In this document: positions 28,101 through 42,277 of the stretch, piece after piece
How positions within the stretch are numbered: the first letter of the stretch is position 1
Layout: each line of letters opens with the position of its first letter
NCBI GenBank assembly: GCA_951406725.2
Contig: OX597838.1
Span: 30,752,001-30,816,000, forward strand
Source of the DNA: Octopus vulgaris
Lineage: Eukaryota
Direction: 5' to 3'
Length of the DNA stretch: 64,000 bases
Notes under the pieces: model-generated
What the model was told of the DNA's origin: nothing
The model's database searches: none
What the model saw: only the letters and a program-made list of their open reading frames with translations
Program-made: the position numbers and the translations under genes

Positions 28101-28200
28101 TCCTTCTCTCTCTCACTCGCTCTCTTTACATATATATATACATATATATATATATATTCATTTATTTATTTATTTTCTCTCCCAGTTTATTTCTGTGTTC

Positions 28201-28236
28201 CTTTCTGTCGAAGAGCGTAGGCTCGAAATGTAAAAG
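28201..28236 (+). ncRNA. Minimal hammerhead-like motif with a variant core
   Basis: CTTT-CTGTCGA-A-GAGC-gtag-GCTC-GAAAT-GTA-AAAG; A6 is substituted. Confidence 0.5.
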
Positions 28237-28587
28237 ACTTTCTCACTTCCCGATAAATACTTCCTTATGTTTTTTTTTCTGTATTGTTACCTTTAACCGT
28301 GTTTTTTCTTGTGCTTATGCGTATATAGACGTATGTATGAACTTTTACGGTACGCGCGTGTGTGTATGAGTTTGTATATATATATGCGTATACATATGGT
28401 GAAAAATGCGAGTGAAGATGTGTACGTTTTCATAGTGACGTATAAGTACACACGTGGGTCCGCGAGCGCACATGTGAGCGTATGAGTAGCCATGTTTACG
28501 TGTTTACTATGAACTTTCAATCTTAATTTATATAAGTAAATTTCCCTTTATATAACGGTATTTTTTCATAGCGTTTTTCAGATGGCC

Positions 28588-28640
28588 AGATAACCGAAGA
28601 GATGGTGTTGTGGATTTCCACTTCGGCATCCGAAACTTGA
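28588..28640 (+). ncRNA. Second copy of the U4C hammerhead-like motif, cleavage strand deleted
   Basis: AGATAA-CCGAAGA-GATG...CATC-C-GAAAC, then a deletion of about 13 nt relative to 12502-12564. Confidence 0.5.
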
Positions 28641-28662
28641 CTATTGAATAATTGTAACATAC

Positions 28663-28729
<67 letters not shown>

Positions 28730-28980
28730 CGTCCTCGCGTTCGTACCAGTGGTTGAATATAGGGAACAAAGATTTGAGTAGATTGTAGGTATTTGACATC
28801 TACTTCTAGCATTGGCGATGGTCATTTCCAGTTGCCCTTAGCTATAATTATATTTTTATAATAATATACGTGAAAAAATTAATGTTACCTATACGGGCAA
28901 TTTTATGTCCTAGGCCACTGATATAATCGTTTTTATGATTGTATTCTTATCTTAGAAAGATATATATATATATATATATA

Positions 28981-29021
<41 letters not shown>

Positions 29022-29026
29022 ATATA

Positions 29027-29088
<62 letters not shown>

Positions 29089-29251
29089 CATATATATATA
29101 CACAGACACACATATATATATATACATACACGCAAGCCATACATTGGACACACAGAGAAAAACAGAGGCAAGATGTCGAATGTAGGTCGGTCAATGGGCG
29201 AAATGGAATAGCAGGCAGAAATATAGATTAAGGGATATATATATGTATGTA

Positions 29252-29285
<34 letters not shown>

Positions 29286-29440
29286 CATAAAAATTGAAAT
29301 ATATTCATAAATACTTAGACATAAAAATGGTAGAAAGATTGATATTCACAAAACAAAATATATTTATAGAAAAAACTGAAAAGGCAATGGTATACATATA
29401 TATATATATACACACACGCGCGTATATGTGTGTCTGTACA

Positions 29441-29474
<34 letters not shown>

Positions 29475-29638
29475 TACGTACAGGCATGCATACGTAGTGA
29501 TACAGGCATGGAAAAAGATAGTAAATAGTTAGATAGATAGATAAATAGATAAATAGATAGAGAAATAGAGATAGATGGATAGATAGATATATAGATAGAG
29601 ACATAGATAGATTGATAAATAAATAAATAGATAGATAA

Positions 29639-29695
<57 letters not shown>

Positions 29696-29905
29696 GATGG
29701 ATAGATAAATAGATATGTTATGTAAATATTTCCAGTTGGCAAAACAATTTCCTCTTGCTAAATAATTGTCAGTGACCTCCGTCTAAATATGGCTCCACTA
29801 CACCCAGCAGGTCACTTCCGTTTGAAGGGACTGCACTGTTTCCGGTGTGAAGTTTGTTCTTTGCGTTTGCATTTTTATGACGTACACACACACAGCGCTC
29901 AAACG

Positions 29906-29945
<40 letters not shown>

Positions 29946-30152
29946 AACACACGTATACACAAATACATACGTATACACGTAGGTATACATATGTATGTAT
30001 GTGCGTATATATATATATATATATATAGGTATATGTACATATGTATGTGTGTTATATAATATATATTGTATATATATATATATATATCATAATTATACAT
30101 ATGTGTGTATATATATGTATATATAAGTATATATATAGTATATGTACACATG

Positions 30153-30183
<31 letters not shown>

Positions 30184-30187
30184 ACAT

Positions 30188-30232
<45 letters not shown>

Positions 30233-30258
30233 TGTATACATACACATATATATATACA

Positions 30259-30298
<40 letters not shown>

Positions 30299-30701
30299 TG
30301 TCTGTTTAATATATATACACACATATATAAACCTGTAATATGTTGGTGTTTGGGAATGTGTATAAACAGATATACACTGACATAGATAATATATCTGCGT
30401 GTGTGTGTCTGTGCGAGTGTTTGAATGAGAATATATATATATGTAATGTATAGGTGTTTATATATACATATATATATATATATATTCCAATTGCTGTTTT
30501 TACTGAGATCTCCCTTTTTAGTAGAAGAAATAGCTATAACTCTTTGACTGCTATTTCTAAATTCGGTATGTGGTAAGGCAATTCGTTGCTAAACCCTTTA
30601 TTGCTTATTACTTAAATTTTCCTCGAATGAGGCTTTTACATGCCGAAGACTACTTGGTGTAATTGATAATTATTCCAAATTAATTAATTTCATATATATA
30701 T

Positions 30702-30739
<38 letters not shown>

Positions 30740-30748
30740 CATATATAT

Positions 30749-30781
<33 letters not shown>

Positions 30782-31752
30782 CGTATATGTATATATATAA
30801 TATATATTATATATATTATATATATATATATATATATACATACATACATACATATATACATACATACATACATACATACATACATACATACATACATACA
30901 TGAATATATGTAAATATACTTATATATCTATACGAATGCATATAATACACACTTGTATAACTAATCATTGTGTGCGTGTGACTAATTAATGTATGTCTGT
31001 ACTTAATTATATCTTCGTGTGTGTGTAAGCAGGAGAGTATATCACATAGCTGGAGTATGCGCGTGTATGTCAATGTATGCGTGTGTATATCAATGTATGT
31101 ATATACACACAGACACACACATGCACACATACACACATATATATATATATATGTTTGTGTGCGTGTGGTTGTGCATAAGCATACTTGCATATATGCACAT
31201 AAATGTATACACTCATACACATATATGTGTATATATATATATGAATGTACTCACACACGTGGTAATATATGTGTGAACGAGTGCAGCAGTGTGTGTATGT
31301 GTAAGTGTATGTGTGTGAATGTGTGTTCGGCAAAAAAAAAAAAATTTGCAAAATGGCGGATCTTAATATTTCAAACACGTTTACTTCCCTTGCCGCAGTT
31401 TTTATTTATATGTTTGCTTTTTTTTTGTCGCAGTTTTTTTTTTATGTTTGTTGTTTTTTGTCGCAATTTTTTTGTATTGTTTTCATTTGTGTTTCTCTTG
31501 CTTTTTTTCACTTGCGTTTTTTATTTTTGTCTTTCACTTGTTTTCTATCGGAGCATTTTTCTCATAATAAGCTGCCGGTACTGCTTTATCTTCATCTAAT
31601 CGGCAACAAACATCACATCAGAAAAAAGCGTAGGCATTCATGCGAAATCTCCAATCTTTCCTACACCACCCCACTTCTAAATGTACATTCGGTACATACA
31701 TACTTACACGCACACGCACACGCGCACGCAGAGGCACACACACATTCACGCG

Positions 31753-31788
<36 letters not shown>

Positions 31789-31806
31789 CGTATATGTATA
31801 TATATG

Positions 31807-31860
<54 letters not shown>

Positions 31861-31924
31861 TATATATATGAATATATGTATGTATGTAGACATATATATA
31901 TATGCATATGTATATATATATGTC

Positions 31925-31963
<39 letters not shown>

Positions 31964-31989
31964 GAATATATGTATGTATGTATGTAGAC

Positions 31990-32036
<47 letters not shown>

Positions 32037-32095
32037 TGTATAACATATTTTTTTTATTTTATTATACATACACGCACACATACATCCATGTATGC

Positions 32096-32128
<33 letters not shown>

Positions 32129-32166
32129 CATACATACATACATACATACATACATACATACATACA

Positions 32167-32198
<32 letters not shown>

Positions 32199-32777
32199 CA
32201 TATATTTGTGTGTATGTGTATAATTTTTTCATTTAAAAGAATTAAATATACATCTAACTATTTAGCTAATCAAGCAATCAATCCTTCAGTCAATATATAA
32301 GTATATATTCATTATGTCTGGCGAGTGTCACTCTGTTTTACTACTTTATTAATTAACACACTCACCGGTTCGATTTCCACTCATTTACTTATTTTTTCTG
32401 AAGTTTTCGTTGCTTCTTGCAACCTCTTCAATAGTTACCGGAGCTGCATTCTTTTTGCTTTCTTCCCCACACCACCCAACTTCTAAATATATGTGTGTGT
32501 GTGTGCACATGCGCGTATTACTGGTTTTGTCTCCCGCACCACTTGTGAACTAGCGTTGGTTTGTTTACGTCACTGTCACTTAGTAGTTCGGAATAAAGTA
32601 CGATAGAATAAATATCAGACTTTAAAAAAAAATAAGGACTGTGGATAATTTTCATCGCAGAAGCCCTTCAAAAGGATGATCCAGCATGGACGCACTCCAA
32701 TAAGAATAAACGTATTGAACAAGTAAAATAGTTGACAGACTAATTATTTTGTGATTAATTTGCGCAAAACGTTCTAA

Positions 32778-33178
32778 TCTATATATATAAAACTGAAGTT
32801 GTGTGGTGTCTGTCTCCTACGATTTATATTCCTAACTACTCCCACATTTTACGGTGCAGTTTAACCAAATTCGGGTATCTTATAGTCGTGATTCATATCG
32901 AGCCCTTCTGGGTATTAGCGCGCGTCTACGATGAGTCTACGATTTAAAAAAAAATTACCATCATTTTTTTCCATTTTAATGCATATTTTCGCTATTATAT
33001 AAGGGAAGTAACTCTCTAAAAATGTCTACGATGAGTCAACGATTTAAAAAAAAAATTTACCATCATTTTGTTTCCATTTTTAATGCATTTTTTTGCTATT
33101 TTTTGGCTATAACTCTCTAAAAATGCTTATATAGTTATTTCCCTTACAAGCCCGAGCAACGCCAGGCGATACTGCTAG
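32778..33178 (+). mobile_element. Non-autonomous Helitron, second subfamily
   Basis: A|TC...hairpin...CTAG|T; the empty A|T site without TSD is visible in the inverted paralog near 34498. Confidence 0.92.
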
Positions 33179-33842
33179 TTAAATATAATTAACAACTGAA
33201 ATAATTTATAAACTCAGAAAATAAAGAAGAGTTTAAAAATTAAAAATAGAAATTCTTTGGGACTCAGCACCTATTTTTGGGGTGTTTTCATCTTTTCTCG
33301 TCAAAGAATTCATCATTCATCGTGTCACTGCTCGAACAGTCATGGGACATTCCATCGTTGAAATAATTTGGTCGAGATTTTTGCTCCTCTCCTCAATGAC
33401 GTCACCAAAATTTTTAGAAAAATTAAGCAAATCAAAATACGAATACACAAACTTCCGTTTCAAATGGTACGGGCAGCATGCCATATTCTTGTAACTCTCT
33501 GTGATTCCATTAGAAACGTTTTGATCCCGACAAATTCCTACAAATCCATAAACTACACCTAGAATTGCATACCATACTTTACTTTCGTTTCCGTTTATTT
33601 TCCAAGTTTTTTTTTTTTTTTTTTTCCTGGTATCAACTCCGATTTCTTTGAATTCCAACCAGTTAAACACTCCTGACTTCCGAACGAACCGGACAGCTTT
33701 GGAAATATTAGTTTCATTTCTTGCAAATCTTCTCTTAGGAAATCTGAATTCCAATATAGAAAGAATAAGTGCTGGGTCCAATCTTTTATTTGCTCTGTAT
33801 TGGATTCGGCTCTTATTCTTTCTGTTCGTGTTTTGATTTGCT

Positions 33843-34260
33843 CTTTTACTCTTTACTCTTTTACTTGTTTCAGTCATTTGACTGCGGCCATGCTGGAGCA
33901 CCGCCTTTAATCGAGGAACTCGACCCCGGGACTTATTCTTTTTGTAAGCCCAGTACTTATTCTTTCGGTCTCTTTTTGCCGAACCGCTAAGTAACGGGGA
34001 CATAAACACACCAGCATCGGTTGTCAAGCAATGCTAGGGGGACAAACACAGACACACAAACACACACACGCATATATTAATATATATACATATATACGAC
34101 GGGCTTCTTTCAGTTTCCGTCTACCAAATCCACTCACAAGGCTTTGGTCGGCCCGAGGCTATAGTAGAAGACACTTGCCCAAGGTGCCACGCAGTGGGAC
34201 TGAACCCAGAACCATGTGGTTGATAGACAAGCTACTTACCACACAGCCACTCCTGCGCCT
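33843..34260 (-). mobile_element. SINE family A, full length
   Basis: Match to consensus. Confidence 0.92.
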
Positions 34261-34659
34261 AATTTGCTTAATTTTTCTTTAAAATTTGGTGACGTCATTG
34301 CGGAGAGGAGCAAAAGTCTCGACCAAATTATTTCAACGATGGAATGTCCCATGACTGTTCGAGCAGTGACACGATGAGAAAAGATGAAAACACCCCAAAA
34401 ATAGGTGCTGAGTCCCAAAGAATTTCTAATTTGAATTTTTAAAACTCTTCTTTATTTTCTGAGTTTATAAATTATTTCAGTTGTTAATTATATTTAATTA
34501 GAACGTTTTGCGCAAATTAATCACGAAATAATTAGTCTGTCAACTGTTTTATTTGTTCAATGCGTTTATTCTTATTGGAGTGCGACCACGCTGGATCATC
34601 CTTTTGAAGGATACATACACACACATATATATTATGTATATACATACATACATATATAT

Positions 34660-34710
<51 letters not shown>

Positions 34711-34795
34711 CATATATATAGATATATATATACACACACATATATATATATATACATACATATATATACATATATATACATACATATATATGTAT

Positions 34796-34926
<131 letters not shown>

Positions 34927-34950
34927 GGTGTGTGCACAATCAGTCAATCT

Positions 34951-35850
34951 CACCAGTTATACTGACGACACAAAAGTATCGCAGGCAGTTAGGAACCCAG
35001 AGGACATCATAGAACTGCAGAAACACCCGAATGAAGTATGTTAGTGGGCTAAAATAACATGCAGTTCAGTGCTATGAAATTTCAGGCCGTCCACTATCGG
35101 TCCAAACACCAGGCTAAAACGGGAATACACTGGACCAGAAGGTAATACGATCCCAGTGTCAGAGTCGGCACGTGACCTGGAGGTTGACATGAGCAATGAT
35201 GCAACATTCCATGTACATATTACCAAGATGGTAACACTGTACAGGCGAGTGGCTGGATGGATTCTGAGGACACTCAGAACCAGGAGAAGTGAGGCCGGGC
35301 TACTTCTATGGAGGACTTTCGTTCCCGGCCGCTTGGGCTACTGCCCCCAACTAAGGTCTCCAAAGAGTGTGAAACAAACTGTGGAACTCGAAGCAACCCA
35401 ACACTAATACACAAAGAAGATTGTCTCGATGCAAAAGATGGTCTACTGGGAGTGGTTAAAGGGGCTGAGTCTGTATTCCCTGGATAGAAGACAAGAGAGA
35501 TATGCGGTGATATATATTTGGAAGATCTTTAAGGGTTTAGCTCCCAATTTTTGGAATTGACAGCTATACCAATCCTTGAACTGGACGGCACTGCATCATA
35601 CCAAAGATCCCCGTCTTCCCCAGCTAAAATAATGACACAGTTCTGCATCCATAGCTCAGTGGTTAGAGCACTGGTCTTGTAAACCAGGGGTCGTGAGTTC
35701 GATCCTCACTGAGGGCTTTTGTTACACATTTTCAGCGGTGGCGCCCCAGCATGGCCGCGGCCTTTGGGCTAAAACATTTTAAGGATTTAAGGATTAAGGA
35801 TAAGGATAGTCTGGGTTTCAAGGGCCTGCAATTGTTCAACATCCTGCCAG
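34951..35850 (+). mobile_element. Decayed CR1/L2-group LINE ORF2 3' fragment (reverse transcriptase C-terminal region)
   Basis: YTDDTK (YADD-like) at 34958, followed by W..NNMQF..KF, RDL.V, L.LYSL.RR.ERY and SLGFKG.QLFNILP, with stops and frameshifts. Confidence 0.88.
35645..35717 (+). tRNA. tRNA-Thr(TGT)-derived sequence, probably a retroposed pseudogene or SINE head
   Basis: D, anticodon (TGT at 35678-35680) and T arms are intact; the acceptor stem has 2 mismatches; TTTT and a SINE-type tail follow. Confidence 0.75.
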
Positions 35851-35886
35851 GATGCATGTACACGCGTATATACGTATGTATGTATT

Positions 35887-36039
35887 AATAGTTAAGGGTA
35901 CTAACAGGCAATACCAGCATGCTAAAATAGCAGTCAAAATTACCAAACCATAAGTTCTTACTTAAACACAAAGGTGGTTCGGTCAGTTTGACTGCTATAT
36001 TTAGCATGCCGGTGCTGCCTGTTAGTACCCTTAACTATT
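35887..36039. mobile_element. Short fold-back or MITE with inverted arms of about 50 bp
   Basis: AATAGTTAAGGGTACTAACAGGCA... / ...TGCCTGTTAGTACCCTTAACTATT. Confidence 0.7.
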
Positions 36040-36126
36040 TATTGGCAGTTTTCACCTTTATAGGTATTTTTTACGCATGCTAAGCCAATAATATTATTAT
36101 AAACAATAATATCCTCATATACGTTC

Positions 36127-36205
36127 ATGTATGTATGTATGTATGTATGTATGTATGTATGTATGTATGTATGCATGCATGTACGTGCGAATGTACGTAC
36201 GTATG

Positions 36206-36239
<34 letters not shown>

Positions 36240-36633
36240 TGTATTATGTATGTATGTATGTATGTATGTATGTATTATGTATGTATGTATGTATGTATGT
36301 ATTATGTATGTATGTATGTATGTATGCATGCATGTACGTGCGAATGTACGTACGTATGTATATATGTATGTATGTATTTATGTATGTATGTATGTATGTA
36401 TTATGTATGTATGTATGTATGTATGTATGTATGTATGTATTTATGTATGTATGTATGTATTTATGTATGTATGTATGTATGTATGTATGTATGTATGTAT
36501 ATATGTATGTGTGTATGTATGTATGTATATATGTATATATGTATGTGTGTATGTATGTATGTATGTATGTATGTATATATGTATATATGTATGTGTGTAT
36601 GTATGTATGTATATATGTATATATGTATGTGTG

Positions 36634-36664
<31 letters not shown>

Positions 36665-36669
36665 ATATG

Positions 36670-36703
<34 letters not shown>

Positions 36704-37140
36704 TGTATGTATGTATGTATGTATGTATGTATGTATGTATGTATGTATGTATGTGTGTATGTATGTATGTATTATGTATGTATGTATGTATGTATGTATT
36801 TATGTATGTATGTATGTATGTATGTATTTATGTATGTATGTATGTATGTATGTATTATGTATGTATGTATGTATGTATGTATGTATGTATGTATGTATGT
36901 ATGTATGTATGTGTGTATGTATGTGTGTGTGTGTATGTATGTACGTACGTATGTATGCATGTATGTATGTATTTATGTATGTATGTATTTATGTATGTAT
37001 GTATGTATGTATGTATGTATGTATGTATGTATGTATGTATGTATGTGTGTGTGTATGTATGTGTATGTATGCATGTGTGTGTGTGTATGCATGTGTGTGT
37101 GTGTATGCATGTGTGTGTGTGTATGCATGTGTGTGTGTGT
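36127..37140. repeat. Degenerate (TATG)n satellite of about 1 kb
   Basis: Seen directly; it explains the 360-450 aa artefact ORFs. Confidence 0.97.
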
Positions 37141-38574
37141 ATGCCTATGTGTTTGTACGTATGGTTCTTTCGCGTTACGTTCCTCTTACTTGTCCCCATT
37201 CTATCCAACTCCCTCCACCTGACTCCAAACCACCCCAGTTCCACTCATCAGCAAAGCCAAGCTTTCTATTCCATCGTTTTACCATTATACCCGGCAACCG
37301 TCTCCGCATCCCCCCACGTCCCCATTCCCCCGCCCCCAATCTTGGTGCCGCTTCGAAACGCAAACAACAACAACAAGAACAGCAATACGATGTAAGAGAG
37401 GCGAATAACGTAACTTCAGCATGTGAAGAAGGTGTGTGTGTGGGGTGGAGGGTGGGGGGAGAGGTTGAGAGGAGCAGCAAATAGTGCTGAGTGTGTGTTG
37501 TGTGTGTGTGTGTGTGTGTGTGTATCTGTGTGCATATATATGTACCTATGTGTGTGTATGTGTGTGCGTGTGTAAGTGTGTGTGTGTGTATCTGTGTGCA
37601 TATATATGTACCTATTTGTGTGTATGTGTGTGCGTGTGTAAGTGTGTTTGTGTGTGTGTGTGAGTGAAGGTACCTGTGAGTGTACATGTGTGTGTATGTG
37701 TATGTGTGTATGTGAATGAGCGAATCTGTGTACATGTGTTTTTGTGTATGTGTGCGTATGTATGTGTGTGTGTGAATGAGCGAATCTGTGTACATGTGTT
37801 TTTGTGTATGTGTGCGTATGTCGGAGTGTGTGTGTCAGCGTGAGTGAGTGCATCTGTGTGCATATGTGCCTCTCTGTGTGTGTGTGTGTGTGAATTTATT
37901 TGTGTGTGTGTGTGTGTGTGTGTGTGGAGGACAGTCAGACAAGTCGGCAGACAGACAAGCCGACAGACAGACAGACAGAATAAAGGGTGAGTGGAGTAAA
38001 AACTGAGTGCTGTACATGTGAACGGACAGACGAACGGACAGACAGACAGACAGACAGACAGAGGGATCGTGGAAGAGGAGGGAAGGCGGAGGTAGGGGGT
38101 AGGGGTGATACGAAAGGAAGGTGGGGAAGGGAGTAATAGAGTTGATGATTGATTAGATTCCGTTTTAGTCTGGAAAGGTGTGGTGGTGGTGGTGGTGGTG
38201 GTGGTGGAGGCGGCGGCGGCGGTGGTGGTGGTGGTGGTGGTGGAGTCGGTAGTAGAAGAGTAGAGCGATGGTGGCGACGGGGTTAAAAAGAAGGTGACGG
38301 TGTTAGAGCGGGTGGTGGGATGATGGTGGTGGGAGGGTGGGGGTGAGAGTTGAAAATGGTGTAACAGGCGGCGGCGGCGGCGGCGACGGAACTTTCTTTT
38401 GGTGCACGACATGGCTATTGGTGGCGGTGTGTTGGGAAGAGAAGAGGAAGATTTAGGATGTGGTGGTGGTGGGGGTGTGGTGGCGTTGAGGGTGGTGGTG
38501 GCGGTGGGGATAAAGTATTGAGAGTTTTGGTTCTGGAAATAGTTGAGAATAGGTGTTACCATTGTAGATATATA

Positions 38575-38880
38575 GGGGGCAGGAGTGGCTGTGTCGTAAG
38601 AGGCTTGCTTACCAACCACATGGTTCAGGGTTCAGTTCCACTACATGGCACCTTGGGCAAGTGTCTTCTACTTTAGCGTCAGGCCAACCAAAGCCTTGTG
38701 AGTGTGGATTTGGTGGATGGAAACCGAAAGAAGCTCGTCGTGTATGTAGCGGTTCGGCAAAAGAGACCGATAGAATAAGTACTAGGCTTACAAAGAATAA
38801 GTCCTAGGGTTCAATTTGTTCGACTTAAAGGCGATGCTCCAGCATGGCCTCTGCCAAATGACTGAAACAAGTAAAAATAC
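38575..38880 (+). mobile_element. SINE family A, internally deleted
   Basis: Match to consensus with the central part missing. Confidence 0.85.
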
Positions 38881-38898
38881 AAAAAAAGGAATATATAC

Positions 38899-39000
<102 letters not shown>

Positions 39001-39112
39001 CAGACAGTCATATTTCCTTACAAAGGCATGTCTCCTGCTTCACACACACACATACACACAGCCTATCATACGCACAGAGAAAATGTGCCTTAATATCAAT
39101 CCAAAATACAGA

Positions 39113-39183
<71 letters not shown>

Positions 39184-39522
39184 GTGTGTGTATGTAGGTA
39201 GGTAGTTATGTATGCACGTGTGTTATGGCACACTCGGATAAAGTAGTTGAAGACACCCTGCCTGATTCTAGACGCTAAAATGTCAACATTCTTGCCTTGA
39301 TACCGAACCTTAGCATCGCCAATATTCCACCTGAACACTTCAAATGCTCTCCAGCTCAAACGTACGAATTCTTCAGACATGGAAGGAACCTCACCCTTCG
39401 TTCCGCCCCCCATCGACTCTTCCTTCGTTCTTTCTTTTTTTTTCCTGAAATGTCTGAGTCTTTTTCTCGCCAATTTATTGTGAAGTCATTATGTATTTAT
39501 CTATTTATGTATTTATTTCAAA

Positions 39523-39907
39523 CTAGCAGTATCACCCGGCGTTGCTCAGGTTTGTAAGGGAAATAACTATAAAGCATTTTTAGAGAGTTATAGCCAAAAA
39601 ATAGCAAAAAAATGGAAAAAAATGATGGTAAATTTTTTTTTGAGATTTAAAAAAGGTGGAGTTGCGTCCCCTAGACAGTTTGTGGTTTGTGTTTCTCATT
39701 GTCGACCCCATGTCGAATTTATCGATTTTTTTCAGAACTGGGGGAACTTTTCAAAATTTTCGCTGCGTTAGTTTTGAATTATGACATTGGGCTATGTGTG
39801 TGTCAAGTTTCATCAGAATCGGTTGAAAGCCGTGGTCAGGGTGAGGGTACAAGCAAACAGACACACAGAAACACGCACAGACAAACTGCCGTTTATATAT
39901 AGAGAGA
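39523..39907 (-). mobile_element. Non-autonomous Helitron
   Basis: Near-identical to 13450-13822; TC and CTAG termini. Confidence 0.85.
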
Positions 39908-40206
39908 TTTACAGATGGTGAACTGGTTCTCCGTCAGTTACGACGACGAACGTTCTTGTTGATCTGATCAAAACAGAACAACCCCCCACCCCGTGAAATT
40001 AACGTGCAAATTATCGGTCTCTTTTGCCGAACCGCTACATACACGACGGGCTTCTTTCGGTTTCTGTCCACCAAATCTACTCACAAGGCTTTGGTTGACC
40101 TGACGCCAGAGTAGAATACACTTGCCCAAGGTGCCATGTAGTGGAACTGAACCCTAAACCATGTGGTTGGGAAGCAAGCCTCTTACCACACATCCATTTC
40201 TGCCCC

Positions 40207-40320
<114 letters not shown>

Positions 40321-40439
40321 CGTAGTTCTGAGAGAGATTCAGCGTGACACAGAATGCGACAAGGTTGGCCCCTTGAAATACAGGCAGAGGAAGCCTGGGA
40401 GATCTGGGCCCTTTTTATACATTTCAGTATGATACGGAC

Positions 40440-41106
40440 TCTCTACTCTTTACTCTTTACTCTTTTACTCTTTTACTCTTTTACTTGTTTCAGTCATTTG
40501 ACTGCGTCCATGCTGGAGCACCGCCTTTAATCGACCAACTCGACCCCGGAACTTATTCTTTTGTAAGCCCAGTACTTATTCTATCGGTCTCTTTTGCCGA
40601 ACCGCTAAGTAACGGGGACATAAACACACCAGCATCGGTTGTCAAGCAATGCTAGGGGGACAATAACAGACACACAATCACACACACGCATATATCACCT
40701 TGATCACCTTGACCGACCAGTCCGTCAGGCGTCCATTTGACACCGCTGGTCACAGCTGGTCACAGCACGCTGTCCACTCCTCTTTGGATCGCGCCTTTCT
40801 CATCCACGTGATCCCAATCGTCCTCCTGAAATCGGGTACCACTCGACTACTGCGTGCGTCCACCGATAATCGGTGAGCCGGGCGACGTGTCCAGCCCATC
40901 TATACTTGCTGCGTGTATACTCTGCGATGACGTCTCTCACACCGGACTTCTTTCTGATGATCTTGCTACTTATGTGCTCTCTCAACGAGATACCAAGCAT
41001 TGACCTTTCCATGGCCGTTACCAGTCTTTGCTCTTCTCTCTTTGTGGTAGCCCATGTTTCACTACCACATAACATTGCAGGCAGAACTGCACTGTTAATG
41101 AGGTTG

Positions 41107-41153
<47 letters not shown>

Positions 41154-41318
41154 TACGACGGGCTTCTTTCAGTTTCCGTCTACCAAATCCACTCACAAGG
41201 CTTTGGTCGGCCCGAGGCTATAGTAGAAGACACTTGCTCAAGGTGCCACGCAGTGGGACTGAACCCGGAACCATGTGGTTGGTAAAGAATCTCCTTACCA
41301 CACAGCCACTCCTGCGCC
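40440..41318 (-). mobile_element. SINE family A split by an RTE insertion
   Basis: Halves at 40440-40693 and 41111-41318. Confidence 0.9.
40694..41110 (-). mobile_element. 5'-truncated RTE-clade LINE
   Basis: VLPAMLCGSETW...MERSMLGISLRE...RWAGHVARL.D.RWT..V.EWYP is typical of an RTE C-terminus; tail (CAAGGTGAT)2. Confidence 0.88.
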
Positions 41319-41991
41319 TGTTATAAGAAAGAATTCTTTACCAACTTGTAGCATCCATAGACTTGTAACGTATATATTCCGGGGATAGAGTTTCAAATGG
41401 GTGTAAAGCTGTCACAACAAGAGCACGCTTTTTAAAGGGTAGTGATTTGACCCAACATTCCCAGGGGTTGGTGAGAGATGAGACATGTATTAGGGGAGAG
41501 TTGGGACGTAGGGAGACTCGGGATAAGTGATATTTTAACTGATTGTATGCTAAGATGAAACACATAACTACATATAAATGATTTGTGCTTTATTTTGAAG
41601 CGTTGAGAATTCCACTTCATTCAACATTCGGAATCGCAGTTTCATTTTTGCCAGTTGAGTGGACTGGAGCAACGTGAAATAAAGAACCTTGCTCAAGAAC
41701 AGAACGTGCCGCGGATGTGCCGAAAGATGGTGGACAATATCTTCGTGGCTTACAGGTTCTGTTGCAAGGGAGTATCAGTAAGTCAGTGCAGAGCAAATGC
41801 AAATATCATAAAAGGACGTCATTCGAAAAAGAACCAGTTTTTTGCAGATATCACTGGGCGTTGTCTTCGTTCTTGGCCACGGTGTAATGACGAATGATAA
41901 CGATCCATAACCGCAAACACTCACACAAACATGCATACACACGAATCCACAGGCATAAACGCACATGTGTATACACACACACACACACACA

Positions 41992-42137
<146 letters not shown>

Positions 42138-42145
42138 GATATATT

Positions 42146-42181
<36 letters not shown>

Positions 42182-42185
42182 TCTT

Positions 42186-42277
<92 letters not shown>

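Larger units (their letters stand above)
32665..34610. repeat. Long inverted duplication (arms 32665-33432 including a Helitron, and 34262-34610)
   Basis: The arms are reverse complements over about 350 bp once the Helitron is removed. Confidence 0.9.

Noticed and set aside
30622-30665. CTCGAATGA-GGC...GCC-GAAGAC as a hammerhead
   Set aside because: Both core strands deviate and stems I and III cannot be formed convincingly.
36127-37484. Longest ORFs (363-449 aa) and all other YI/CV/HT/MYVC-rich ORFs
   Set aside because: They are translations of stop-free microsatellites, open in several frames at once.
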